Assembly (NCBI GenBank): GCA_036172245.1
Contig: JAYWIR010000016.1
Location: 2,046,001 to 2,110,000, forward strand
DNA: 64,000 nt
Origin: Raillietiella orientalis
Taxonomy: Eukaryota
Direction: 5' to 3'
The notes under the pieces are model-generated. The model saw only the letters and a program-made list of their open reading frames with translations, did no database searches and was not told the origin of the DNA. Within the stretch, counting starts at the first letter, position 1; every line of letters begins with the position of its first letter. Both the position numbers and the translations under genes were made by a program. Shown one piece after another: positions 1 through 12,400 of this stretch.

Positions 1-2261
1 TTCCTATAAGCAAAAAAAAAAAAAAAAAAAATGTGGGGCATTTGTTCGATTAAATACGGCAAAGTGACGTTTCTGAGAGATTTTCTCTGATTTGTGGATA
101 CCCCAAGCGGGGGAAGGCTATTTATAGATGCTCGCTAACAATGGCACACGGAAGAAGCTGTTGCCAGAGAGAGAGACGAGGCTATTTTTGGACACTCGGT
201 AACAATGGTCTGTAAACGTTCTCCGTGGACGGATGTCTCTCACACAAGGCTGAAGGGGTGTGCCCCGAGTAGGAAGGATGAGATCGTGCAGTTGGAGGAG
301 GCTGGTGTCTTCTGCGCCCTTGAATTCCGTGGAATTCCGTCAGGCAGGAATGCGAGAGAATGGGTCGCGTGCATGAGAAATCCATCCCCGCTCAGCCTTT
401 CAGAAGAATGTAATTTCATCCTCCGGGAGAGGGAGGAAAGGAAGGCAACGCGTTCCTCTGGCTAACCGTTCATCCCGACGCTCTCTTGATTTCACGCCGC
501 TCCTGGTAGGATGCTCCGCCACATTTCTCCAAAGGAAGCTCAAAGTTATTGCCCCTAGCTTTTCCCAGGACCAGCGGAGGCCTTCGGCGACATGTGGGAA
601 GGAAGGAGCTCGCTGGCCCCGCCGGGCAGACCTCCGCGATTCGCAGGTTCCTGCGGAGCCACACGTCTCCGGAAGGGTTCGCCAAGAGAATACGGGTGCC
701 TATCTCTGGCAACATGATGGAAGAGCCGAGGACTTGCAGAGAGCCTCAGTATGCCAGCGTGGGTCGCGAGTTCCTGGGAAAGAGAAGCCAAGGCAGCAAT
801 CGCTGCGGACGGGAAGAACTGGCGGGACATTCGAAGACGGCTCGGAACTTTCTCCCGGGAATGGAGGCTGCTCTCGAGGGAATTCGGCCGTCGAGAGAGA
901 AGTCCCTTTCGCGGTCCACGCATTCCCAGGGGCCGAGGGATCAGAGTTAAGGGAGGAAGGCGGTTGTCAGAGGGACGATGGTATGTACGGTCTGGCGTGG
1001 GGCAGAGAGGGAGAGGTGACCCATTGTGCGGCGAGTGTCGGAGGCCACGATGGAGTTCGTGCCCCATGCATGAGGAGGAGTGGAAAGGGGAAGGAAGAAC
1101 CGACGCCTCTCCCCAAGTCAGAGCTAAAAAGAAGTCCTCTGAACGGTCTCGAAGTCCTTCCGAGAACCAGAGATCCCATCTCATATCAGCGCCGCCAATG
1201 GGAGGGACACCGTCGGAGAAGGTTCTCAGGGAGAAAGAGCAGATGAATGCCAGAGGACTTCGTCTCCTCTCGTTCCTCTCTTGCACAGGGGAAGGAAGGT
1301 GGAAGGAGAGCAAAGTCAGGTGGACGGGAAAGGAAAATGAGAGGTCAGCATCTCTCGGAGAGAAAAAAGGGGGCAGGAATGGGGGAGGAAGAAAGAAGAG
1401 GGGACGGCTGCTATGCCAAGAACCGACCGGGAGAGCTGCTCCTCCCTCGAGAGAGACGAAAGGAGCGAAGAGACGTTCGTAGAACCGCATAGCGAGGCGT
1501 GCCTGCGACTCCATTCGTATGAGGGTATAGCAGGGAAAGGGGGGCGGGACATTCTGGATAAAAGACAGCGTAGAAGAGGGAACGCGAGCCAGCCAAATCC
1601 TTGTATCCGGCTCGCCAACCGGAAGACGCCATCAACCAGAAGTGAACCCCTCCTTTCCCTCTCCCGCAGCCCAGGATTCCGCAACTGTGAGAGCAGCTGA
1701 CTGGAAGGTTACCCCGAAACGTGAACTCCTTTTGCACTCACTGCTCCTGAGCAGTCCCGCAAGAACTCGACGAGGAATAACCACGCGGAGTGCCCCTGCC
1801 GCAGGAAACCTGAAAATTCGGTGATTCCCTTTCCTTTCCTCCGAAAGCTCGGTAGTGGCCAAGAACCCATGCCTTCCGCCGCCGCGCCAAGGGTTCTAGA
1901 CTCCTCTCCCTCCCGACGTCCTCTATGGCAGCTTCTGCGCTCCTCCTGCGCGTTCCCGAAAAGAGATTAAGACAAGAGAAGGGTGCGTTGCCCGAAGGAC
2001 GCAGCACCCATGTCCCGTGTGCAGCGATTCCTTGCTCTCCTCCTCTCCCTCTATCGCCATGGTTTCGGGTGGTGCGGATGCAGCGGAGTGCTTTCTGTTC
2101 CTTTCTCCTGTTATCTCCTGGTGTAGCCTCGCACGGAGCTGGTGCTTTTGGCGGACATGCCGCCCCATTCCCTTCATCTTCTGCTCGTTCTCTTTCTTAC
2201 CGAGGTGGAGAAGGACGACCTCTGCCTCCTACAAACACATCACCCTGATTCTCTTTTTAAG

Positions 2262-4981
2262 GAGCTTTGTGCTGCTTGAGCTGCCTGCTGTCCATGGCCT
2301 TTGCCCACGGAGCGGGCAACTACGTCTTCGTCCTCTTCGACGACTTCTGCGGCAACGTGCCTCTGCTCATCATCGCCCTCTTCGAGTGCATCACGGTCGC
2401 CTACGTCTACGGGATCAAGAGGTGAGGAGACGCAGCCCTCTCCCTTTTCCCTTCGTCTCCTATCACTCACACCTCGCTCCTTCTGGGACCGGTCGGTCTA
2501 TGCCCCGCGCATCCGTTGCTGCTGGGCGCAGTGAGGAGTACCGGTTTCGCCCTGGGCAGCTCGTCGATCCGAAGACGGAAAGCAAGGAAAGGAGGCGTTT
2601 GAGGGAGAGCGAATGGGAGCTTCAGAAAACACCTCACGATCTCCTCCCATTCCCAGGCGTAGGCCGACTCTCCCCAAAGTTCTTCCTTCTTCTCGGTGTC
2701 ACACTCGATCCACGCCTTCCTCGGAGTCCGTCTTCCTTTCCGTCCAAAACTCGACAGGCCACTTCCTTCCGGAGAGCCGTGTTGCTGGTGGATGGATGGA
2801 CGGACTCACTCACCTCAAGGGAGAATATGTCCTGGCCTTCTCTCTCCGGGAGGACTAGCTCTCCTTAGTTCTCTTAGCTGCCTCTCCCTCCACATTTCTT
2901 AGGACAGAAAGGGGAGGAGGGACAAAAAAGCAGTCGGCTCGGATGGCGCTGCGCTTCTGTGGGAAGGGCCTGAGCTCCAGGGAAAGCGTGGTGATGAGGA
3001 AGTGCGGGGCATCTCCGGGGACCTTCCTGCTTTCTCGGCGGCATTTCGTTCCTTCCTTCCCCCCCTTTCCCCGAGGCTTTCGCTCCCAGTGACCCTGCTC
3101 TCGTCCTCACCTACGCCGCGATGCTCCGAGGGTTCCGCGCAACGAGGTTCCTCTCTTTGACTCTCGTCTTGTCTCCATCTCGCAGGATCTCCGACGACAT
3201 CGAGCTGATGACGGGGAGGCGTCCGTCCATCTACTGGCTCCTCTGCTGGCGCTACATTTCGCCTCTGGCCATGCTCAGCATCCTCGTCGCCAGCATTGTG
3301 AAGATCGCCCTCAACGGTAGCGGCTACCTGGCCTGGGTCTCCAGCGAGGGGCGCACGGAGCGGCTGGAGTGGCCCACTTGGTCGCTGGCATTCATCGCCG
3401 TACTCATCCTCATGTCCACGCTCTGGATCCCTGGAATAGCCATTCTCAGGTATCGCCACGCCGAACGCCACCCGCCTGCAGGAGGAGGGAAGAGAGCGAA
3501 GGCTTGGGGAAGGGAAGGAGGAGCGGACGAGGGGGCGCGAGACCCGCTGCATCAACGTTCCCTGTTTTCCAGGAGCAGGGGAAAGGGAGTCACTCCTTAA
3601 AACGGGAATTGCTCCGCGGCGCAGCGAGCGCCAGACTCCATACGTGGGGAACCGGTTAGTCCGGAGTGTGGACCCGTTTCCCTCGACATCTCTCGACGTG
3701 GCAGGGAACAATCCGTGAGTCTCTCCTTCCTCTCGCTTCTAGGAGAGATCGTAGGGTGCGAAGGACAGCCGCGAGGTCCGGTGAGCGCTCCTCCTCGCGA
3801 GGAGGGCAAGCTGTTTGCGATAGGGCCACCCGCTGACGTCTCCGATGTTCCCCCTGGGGCAGCGCGGGAAGACGTTGAGGCGCGCGACCGCCGCATTTTC
3901 CGTTTGCTCCCGTCGCTCTACGCTTATCCTGCTCCCTTTTGATCTGGAAAACCCAGCGAAAGAAGGTGCGAAGGCTCCCCTTCGTTGTGCGACATCCCCA
4001 AACTGAATAGACCTTGCCTGTCGTAGATGCTGTTCCCTTTTGCCGGCAAGGATCGGGACCCACGGCCAAATCTTGCCATTGCAAACCCGCGCCCTTGGTG
4101 CCCCTAAGCTTTTCCCGCTCACCTTTTTTTGAACCAGAGGTCGAGAATAAGCAACCTGAGAATCCCGGGAATATTAAACAGGTGGCGCGTTCGAGTCACC
4201 ACCCGCGTGCTCCGAGGGAGCAACCTAAAGTTGGCGTGGAGCATGCCCCGGGACGACTCCGATCGCGTGCCTCATGCCCTCCCGGCTAATCCTGTCTCGC
4301 GTAACTCTGCTGCTCCCTAATGTCTCATCGGTTAGCGAGGTGGCACGAGAGCTACTGGTCAGTCACCATTCAAATTAATGAGACCAAGGAATGGACGTCG
4401 GCGAAGGGAAGGTAAGTGGGCAAGCGAAGCACCGAGAAAGAGACAATCTGAGTAGTCTGGAATCTCAAACAGGGGGAACCTTCAAGGTCACCTCCCGCGT
4501 ATTTCCTCGGGAGCCACTGGAAGATCGCGTGCCACGGGGTCTCCTTGCCAACTGGCTCGCGCACGCAAGGCTTAGATGCGGTTCTTGGACGGATGAACGG
4601 AATGGTGGAAGAGGCGTGCAAGGAGCGCCCGTGCAAAGGGGAGGAGAGAAAGGCGTCGGCTGCATGGCGCAACCCGAGTTGGGTCAAATGGGTCTTCTTT
4701 ACGCGCTCTTTACTTCACGTTGCGTGCCGCCGACCCTCCTGGTTCCTCGTTACAGATGGATGGGCATTTACACGTTCGACGAAGGAGAGCCTTCATGGTT
4801 TCCCATCGACGATCTCAAGGATTTCTGGAACGTTCAGGAACACATCCCGACACTGGTCGAGAAAGTCCTTCTCTGCATGGACGACGAAGGGAACGACGTC
4901 TGCTTCTCCTTCCTCAAAAAGAAACCCGACTCCGGGCGACAGCAGCGCTGCACACCGGAGAAAATCGTTTCTCTTTCTTGA
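2262..4981 (+). CDS. SLC6 (sodium:neurotransmitter symporter) family transporter, B0AT/SLC6A15-like, last three coding exons; 5' part not seen in this window
   Basis: Exons 2262-2421, 3186-3449 and 4756-4981 have GT-AG boundaries with consistent phase. They splice to ...AFAHGAGNYVFVLFDDFCGNVPLLIIALFECITVAYVYGIKR-ISDDIELMTGRRPSIYWLLCWRYISP...WPTWSLAFIAVLILMSTLWIPGIAILR-WMG..., matching the C-terminal transmembrane motifs of SLC6 transporters. TGA ends at 4981. Confidence 0.9.
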
Positions 4982-5357
4982 AGCCAGTGGGAAGAGGCGG
5001 CGGCAACAGCGGTGGTGGTGGTGGTGGTGATCGGAAGACGCCTGCAAGTGAGAGAGACCCCCCCCCGTCATGCGTTCTGTTCCGCGTCTCGTGACCCATT
5101 CCTCTGCCTGAGCAAGGAGAGGGGGAGGGAGAGAAACAACAGCAGCAACGACAGTGTCCAGAAAAACAGGGACCAGGAACTCACAGGGACAGCGCCTGCT
5201 CAGCAGCGGCGAAGTAGAATTCCCTAGCTTGCATGGAATCGCCGGAGACGTGCTGTCTCCGATGCGCTTGAGCAGCTCTCCCTCTAGCAATCGTCACCCA
5301 GCAGAGGACAAGGCTGCCGGGTGACTCTGCCTGTTGTTCACTACGTAGTGGGTGTCT

Positions 5358-5363
5358 AATAAA
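5358..5363 (+). promoter_or_regulatory. Candidate polyadenylation signal of the SLC6 gene
   Basis: AATAAA about 380 nt after the stop codon. Confidence 0.45.
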
Positions 5364-6199
5364 ACCTGTAACCTGTGCCACGGAGGGGAAGAATGCTGAC
5401 CTATCTCCACCAAACGCCCGCCTCGTACGCGCGGAACTCTTTCACAGATTCCCCTCCCTCTTGCACACACAGACACCACCCAACTGCAAGGGTTCGCCAC
5501 CGCGATCCAGGTCCTAGCCACTTGCTGCATTCACTTTCGCGTCCTGGGAATCCCAATCCCGGCGCTCCACGTTGAAGCTTCCCCCTCATGGCTTTGCGTT
5601 GTTAGTCCGCTCCCATCCCCACCCCAAACGGAATGGACCATCATCCTCCTCCCTTCCAAGAAGAAACGTCTCCGATCAGGCGGGCACGCGTGTAGATTAC
5701 CAGGGCAATCCGGGAGCAATTTCCACCCTTGTGAGGGAACGCCACTGAAGATTTGAGGAGGAAAAGGATGAGATTCGTGCTCCGCATCCCTTCGGAAAAT
5801 GTGAGCGTTCCGGAACCTTACCTCTTCGCGCAGCCTCCGCTCCTTTGCAGGAACCCGCTCCCCTCGGATCCCGCTGCCACGCAGCGGTTTGGGGGAAGCA
5901 GGCCTCGCACTGTGGTCGCTCGCGCCGCCCCCCGCGGAAACCTGCGTGCACAGAGACCGCAAGACTTCATTGGCTCCGCCGGCCACGAGTTTCGAAGGAC
6001 GCACACAACAGAAAACGAAGGAGACGCAGCCGATGCAAATCCAAAAGTCAGACAGGTGTCGCTCCCTCCCTTTTCCTCTGTTCTTCAGAGGTACACTCCC
6101 CCTGAGGGCTCCTGCCTCCACTCACTTCGTTTTCCCCCGTGGTTCGTCCGTCCGGTTGATTTTACGGAGGCTACAGAAGGATGTAACCATGGCAACCAA

Positions 6200-6900
6200 G
6201 GAAGAGGGTGTCTGCGAATTGGCTGATGAACCAGAGGCATCGAGGAGGGAGGAATGGGAGGAAACGAGGAGAAAACATACGAAAGACCTAATAAGGGCGA
6301 AGTTCAAACTGCAGACGCTCTGAGCATCCTCACGGAAGGAACATCACATCGATCGCAGGATGCATCGATTTCGGGAAAGGGGAAGGGAAGGGGGGAGGAT
6401 GAGAAGCATCCCGGGAGTTTGGGAGTGGTGCAGGGAGAGAGACAGGACGTTTCCGAAATTGGTTGCTGAATTCCTGGCGGGAAGTTCGTCCCGACAGGAA
6501 TCCGACAGGAAGTGTCACGTGATGGGGCTTGCGATGGCCCCCGTAACGTGTCAGCTTCCAGGGAAACGACGAGGTTGAGGACGCGGAAGACTCGCACCGA
6601 ATGCAAAAGAGAAAAAGCAAGCAAACAAATGGATGACAATTCTGCAGCAGGATCTGACAAGGGATGATCCACAAATCTCCTTCGAAGGCTCCGAGAAGAT
6701 GGCAATAAAGAAGATTTTGAGAGAGGAAGTCCGGGGAATCATCAAGCATCCCGCAAAGACCAGTTTCCCGGACTGCAGCCATCACTCGCATCCAGAAGAG
6801 CAGGGAGAATCCTTCAAGTGCTGTGGGCTCGTCTCGAGAGACGCAGAAACCCCGCACATCTCACGTGCGGGAGAAATCGAGTAGGCGGAAGCGACGGAGA
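6200..6900 (+). mobile_element. Heavily decayed non-LTR retrotransposon reverse transcriptase relic
   Basis: Across frameshifts, degenerate RT motifs occur in the expected order: DEK..GVW (D.EKAFD.VW), KLVAEFL, MGLAMAP (QGS.L.P), MDDNSA (YADD), IKHPAKT (IN..KT), FKCCGL...PHI (KYLG...HI). Confidence 0.35.
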
Positions 6901-7762
6901 TGGGTTCCTGAAGAATGGACCGGAAACCAAGGGAGGAAAACGGAAGAGCAGAACGAGGATTGAAACGGGAGCAGCTCGAGGGAGGATGGCGGAGAGCAAA
7001 TCATCCTGGAGCTGAACGCTCTCTGAATTTAAGCTTCCCTACCTTCCTTTACGAAAGCAGAATTGTCTTTGATAAGAAATAGTGGTAGAGATAGTGGTGG
7101 TCATTCTGGTTTTCACGTTTTGCGACGACCACGTCTGAACAGTCTTTGATGTTTTCAAATCCGGCTGTCCCTTTCTGAACGCCCGAGGAAACTCAACGAA
7201 GAGCACCCCGGATCGCGGAAGATGTAACTGGCGTCCCTCAGAGTCCAATTTTTCGGCCTCCATCCAACCGCGTCCAGAAGCGCTGCATCCTCGTTGCTCG
7301 CCGCGCAGCCACTGTGCGATGAAGTCCCGAGCTGCTTCCTGAGTGACCACCGGAATGCGTGCGGAGGCCCCCGCGTGGGTTCACAGCGCGCGCAGATGGA
7401 CAAAGGGAGCCGTCGGTTGAAATCAGCAACATCAAAGCGGGCTGTTGGAGGCGGCAGAACTGCGAACGGTTCGAGTCAGAGCAACCCATCCGGGCGCCAC
7501 GCAGGTGTCAGGGGAACGGTGAAGCTGCACGGAGGCGCCTTCCCTTCCCATCTGAGCGCGCCGACTTGAAGAGAACGCAGGTCCCCCACTCGTGCACACT
7601 CTGCCGACAACTCGAAGACGGTTGCGTTACTCAGCTCAATGTGTCAACCAGTGTCTGCAGGACTCATCCAGAATCACGATGACGCCAGCAGCGATTCGAC
7701 ACGGACAACTTACCAATAAAGGAATTTTCGAGAATTTTCCAGTTTTTCTGCTCATTTTCCAA

Positions 7763-8189
7763 GGCATCTTTCGCCGTGCACATCCTCACGCCCGTGCCTA
7801 TACCCCTGGAATATCCATCCTCAGGTACCGCCTCGCCAACTGCCACCCGCCTGCAGGAGGAGGGAAGAGAGCGAAGGCTTGGGGAAGGGAAGGAGAAGCG
7901 GGGTGAGGGGGCGCGAGACCCGCTGCGTCAACGTTCCCCGTTTTCCGGGAGCAGGGGAAAGGGAGTCACTCCTTAAAACGGGAACTGCTCCGCGGCGCAG
8001 CAAGGCGCCAGACTCCATACGTGGGGGAACCGGCTAGTCCGGAGTGTGGGTCCATTTCCCTCGACATCCCTCGACGTGGCAGGGAACAATCCGTGAGTCT
8101 CTCCTTCCTCTCACTTCCAGGAGACGTCGTAGGGCGCGAAAGACAGCCGCGAGGTCAGGTGAGCGCTCCTCCTCGCGAGAAGGCAAACT
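7763..8189 (+). repeat. Dispersed direct duplication of about 3387-3810 (3' end of an SLC6 exon, its splice donor and ~360 nt of intron)
   Basis: Long colinear match, e.g. ccacccgcctgcaggagg.gggaagagagcgaaggcttggg, agcaggggaaagggagtcactccttaaaacgggaa, tcgacgtggcagggaacaatccgtgagtctctccttcctctc and gtgagcgctcctcctcgcgag occur in both copies with scattered substitutions. Confidence 0.93.
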
Positions 8190-8634
8190 CTTTGTTTGGT
8201 GTCTACAAAAGTACTCCGAAAATGAGCTCATCCACATGGAACGTTGCTAGGGCGCCCGTTTCTGAAGCTACCTTCCATAACAACAACTCGTGGGCAATCG
8301 GGAGATTTCATATCTTCCGTGCCCCTCACCTCCTTCTGCCCCAAGGTTCCCAAGGTTCCTACCCTAATGAGAACGTGTTACGAACACACGTATCCGAAAA
8401 AGTGTTTTCGGGACATCGAATTCCCTCTTCGTGTACTCTGCTTCCCGTTAGCGCGATTCCTAAAACCAGAACTAGCGTGGTACATAGTACTGTACACAAT
8501 AAAGTAAAGCATAAGTAAACATGGAAGGAAAAGTGGCATTACTTAGTGTTTGAACTTTATTAGTAAGAAGAATCAAAGAGAAATCAAATCTTTTTTTTTT
8601 TTTTTTTCACAGGGAGAACGTTGCTACTGGCCTA

Positions 8635-9490
8635 GGATGCTGGCAATCCTTTGGGTTCCGCCGTTTCTGTTTTCTTCCCAGATGTTTTTTCTTCTTTGGG
8701 TTTTCTCTTTTTTGGTTCTCCAAATGCCGAAGAACCGCTCGCCCCCTTAGGGGGCTCCCAGAGCTCGTTAAGAACTGTCCACTTTACCCAAGGGCATGTG
8801 CAAATGTCCAAGTTAGGGGGAACCACCCTATGGATGCAGGAAGGGTCTGGAAGAAAGAGTCCATTCCTCTTATGCTTGGGAGAGGAACCCGAAGGGAATC
8901 CTCCATTCTTGGTTGTCTCGGAAGGGAACTCTGAAAGGAACCTCTTCCTTATTCTCTCCGGAGGCCACCCGGAGAGGATCCGCTCCTGGAACTTCTTATC
9001 CAAAAGGAACTCTCAAGGGAGCCGTCCCTTGTTAATCCTCTGAGGAGAAACCCGAAGGGACGCTTCCAGATTTCTTTGGGAAGGATGTTTCCCCGAAGGG
9101 AGCAGAGCGCTTCTTCCACTCTGAAGAGGTATCAACAAGCTCCATGGAACGCGGTGGAGGGTCCCCCGAGGAAGGAGAGGGTGGGGGACGGCTCCATTTG
9201 CACAACCGGAGGGGAATTCCGAAGGGAACCGGCTCCTTGATTCCCGGAAGCACCCCGGAGGGTCAACTCCAGTCCTGGCTAGTTAATGGGGGCATCTGGT
9301 TTCCGGCTGCTTCCACCAGTGCTGCACCCGAAGCTGTGGTTGGCGTACAGCCAACCAGAGTCATCCTGCGGGGGTGACTCAAAACCCACGACGCACCCAT
9401 TTCTAGGCATCGATTTTTCCCCTCCCGGTGGGATTCGAACCCTCAACACTTGGTACCACGCGCGGAGACCACAGTCACACGGTCGCCAAC
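8635..9490 (-). mobile_element. tRNA-headed SINE-like element with internal hairpin array, copy 1
   Basis: The minus strand has a perfect B box GGTTCGAATCCC (plus 9430-9441) in a tRNA-like head. The body holds ~40-nt modules GGA(A/G)...CCC-GNA-GGG...TCC and the minus-strand 3' end is A-rich. It is colinear with 19652-20683. Confidence 0.7.
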
Positions 9491-12400
9491 GAGGGCTGCG
9501 TGGGCGGCCCTGTGGCTACGGTCAAATCCCTTCATCGGTCAAATGAAGAGAAAACCCTTGCAGTGATGCCTTTCGGGAAGAGGGGAGAGTGAACCTTTGT
9601 TTCTGGAACACCAGTGCTCCCTATCCTTTTCATCTTTAGAACAAAAGTGCGAATCGATCTGGAAGCATATGAAGTCCACGGGTAGTCATAAAATTGCAAC
9701 AGCGTAGCATACGGATGCCGATCACACAGAATTCCCCAAAATTCCAATGACAAAGGAGCGGATCAAGTTTCAAGGTGATGGTATCCTTCAAGGATGGCGA
9801 GGGGACATTAAGCTGCGCAGGAATGACAGCAGCGCAACCTTCGTTAGAGGAATCGTGCGGATACGAAATTCGCCCGAAACCCAAGTCGAAGAGAACAGGG
9901 GCAAACGGAAATGCAATTTTTGTTAACAGCGGGGCAAGGTAAAAAAGGCCGCCGCCCTAAATGAAAACTTAACACGGACCCGTGATGAGGAGCCAGAAAA
10001 AGGCCGTGCTCTGAAACACGAAAACGACCCCCCCCCCCATCAAAAGAAAGGCAGATGTCGAAAAGGGTCGTTCCGACTGGATTGCTGAAAAGGAGAATGC
10101 GACTTGCTTTACGGTTGAAGCAACCTTCAGACCGAGAGGCCAAGCTGAAAAATTGAAACATTCAGGATGTAGCCGGAAGATTTGTGGGGAAAGCCTAACC
10201 GATTATGAGCAGCCAGTCAGATCCCAATAACGGGGAGGGCGTTTCGCCATGATGCCCATGAAATACACTCGTGGAAAACGCTCTGCCTATATTGTGAGGC
10301 ATAAATTTCGGCTTCAGTGTTGCTGAAACGGCGGAAAAATCAAGTGGAAAGCGTCTCAAGGGAATGGAAGTGAGCTGATGAGATGGGAGTTTGTTAAATG
10401 AATCACAGTTTCATTCCGCTGAGAACCTTTTGAAAAATTCGGTTTCTGAAAAAAAAAAAAAAAAAGCCCCATTGTGTCAATGTGATCAAGTTCAAATCAC
10501 TTCTGCTCGTAGGGAGAGGGTGGCGGGAGAGGGGGGGAACCTGACTGAAAGAAACGCACACACGGTCAAGGCGACGACGAACTTTCCGCGCCAGAAAATT
10601 TCGGTTCCCCAATCTCTTCCGAACGAAGACTCGAGAAAACGACCGAACAGCGGCGAGTCGCTGACAAATTCTCATCTGGAAATACCCATGAGATCCGAAA
10701 AGGCTCCACTGTGGGGATCCCGAAACGGAGGCAGGAGTGTTGAGCACAACTTGGCTCGTTCCAGTCTGGAAAACACTGCTTCGACCCCTTCGCTGAATTC
10801 CTCAGACGCTACACGGATCGCACTCAAAGTTAGAATGCCGACGTGGAAATTATTGATCTCTTAATGGCAATATTACGTTCCCTACAAGTTAAGAAATAAA
10901 AGCCGAAAGCACAGACGAAAGTTAAGGCTTCGGATTAAAGAAATGAAAAGTCTGTCCCACATTTCGAAACAAGCGAAAGGCACAGAAGACATGAAAGACA
11001 CACATCGACCGTTCACGACGCTTGCAAAACTTTGTCACAAGCTAGTAGTCTGCTATCATTTTAAGAATGCAAGCTAAGAAAGATCTGAAAGCAATCACAA
11101 GGCAACGCGGACGAGAGAGAGCGACGCGGCGAAGCCCCCTGAAGTACAAGAGCAGGAAGAGGGAAAAGAACCGAAGCATCAATGAAGTCGGAAAGATTGC
11201 TTTTTCGCATTCAGGGATCACGTGAGTCCACGGAGAAAACGGAGCCGCTCGATTTCACAAGGATGCTGGGAAGCTCGAAGCATCCATCTTTGGCCTTCTT
11301 ACCCGAGTGCCGGCACAGGGAAAGCGCTCCAGGGGTGGTGGGGTGGGAGCGACACCTAGCAACGGACTCGTTCAAGCACTCATTTCATCCCCGGGCATCT
11401 GCTCCGTGACAAAAAGAGCCGCTCCGAATCGCTCGTGAAGACGCAGCAGCATCCGACACGGTGCTGACCACGTGCCCGGAGTGGGCCTTCGTCATCAAGC
11501 GGTTGAGCTGAGGGTGATGATTACTTTGGTCACTTTTTAACGGACTTCGATGAGTCATGGCACGGCTGCGACTTTGAAGCGTATCTTTTGCACCCAACCC
11601 AAAATCGAAGAACTCTGACGAAAAAATCGCTTATTCTTTTTTCTATTCCTACTATTAAAAAAAAAAAAAAAAAAAAAAGGAGAGAGAAAAAACAGTTTTC
11701 TGCGGACATGCATTTTCAGTTAAAAGCTCGATTCCAGAGTGATAATTCGCGGCGTGGTCGCGTGATTTCTTTTTTTGATCGGAAAACTGCTGCCAGTCGC
11801 GAAACGATAATTTGCCGCTGGGGCCGAAAAGAAAAGCGCGCCGCTCCCGGAGAAAATGAAAGGGGGCACAGGGGTAGCCGTACGATTTTTCACGTTATCG
11901 ATTCCTCCGATAACCCGAAAGCCTATCGATTCAACCAGAAAAAAAAAAAGAAAAAAGAAAAAGGCGCGAGTCATAACCGATACAAATGGGTTTCCGGTAC
12001 GTTTCACCCTCCGGCGCGAAAATCCCGTGGCACTCAGAGACGGAGCAGAGCGATCATCACTCCTGGCAACCCCGCTCGGATGCTGACGGATGTGCAAACG
12101 CGGCAAAAGAACGAGGATTTGCGGGGACCCCCCCCCCCCCCTTTCCCGCTGACCGTCACGACTTCCATTTTCGGCGTGTCACTGCTGATCGCAGCAGCGG
12201 CGCTCCATCTGCTCTTCGTTTGAACGGAAAATTAAAACGAAACCGCTTCGCGACGGGCACGGTTTAAAAAACTCATCTCTGCTGGACGGGGGGGGTGGGG
12301 GAGAGAGAGTGCAGGATCATCCTCCTGCTGTGGAGAGAGCCACGCACACGAACCACCGAGCCTTTTTCCAGGCTTCGAACAGATTGCTTCAAAAGATGGC

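Noticed and set aside
182..2250. Long overlapping ORFs (319 aa, 243 aa, 170 aa) and faint LINE-like echoes (CGEC..H..C, QMNARGL, LCQE)
   Set aside because: GC-rich low-complexity translations with no coherent domain. The LINE motifs are too few and wrongly spaced to call, and the region is probably SLC6 intron.
8839..9270. Repeat-spacer appearance suggesting a CRISPR array
   Set aside because: Repeats are degenerate, the variable part lies inside the stem, there are no cas genes, and the context is eukaryotic.
8635..9490. Hammerhead ribozyme / retrozyme
   Set aside because: No CUGANGA...GAAA core flanked by the required stems was found by eye on either strand. An Infernal scan would settle it.
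9420..9495. Functional tRNA gene
   Set aside because: A B box is present but I cannot build acceptor and anticodon stems in either copy, so it is better read as a tRNA-derived head.
11588..12223. 211-aa ORF with poly-Lys and poly-Pro runs
   Set aside because: The runs are translations of A and C homopolymers, which are common throughout the window.
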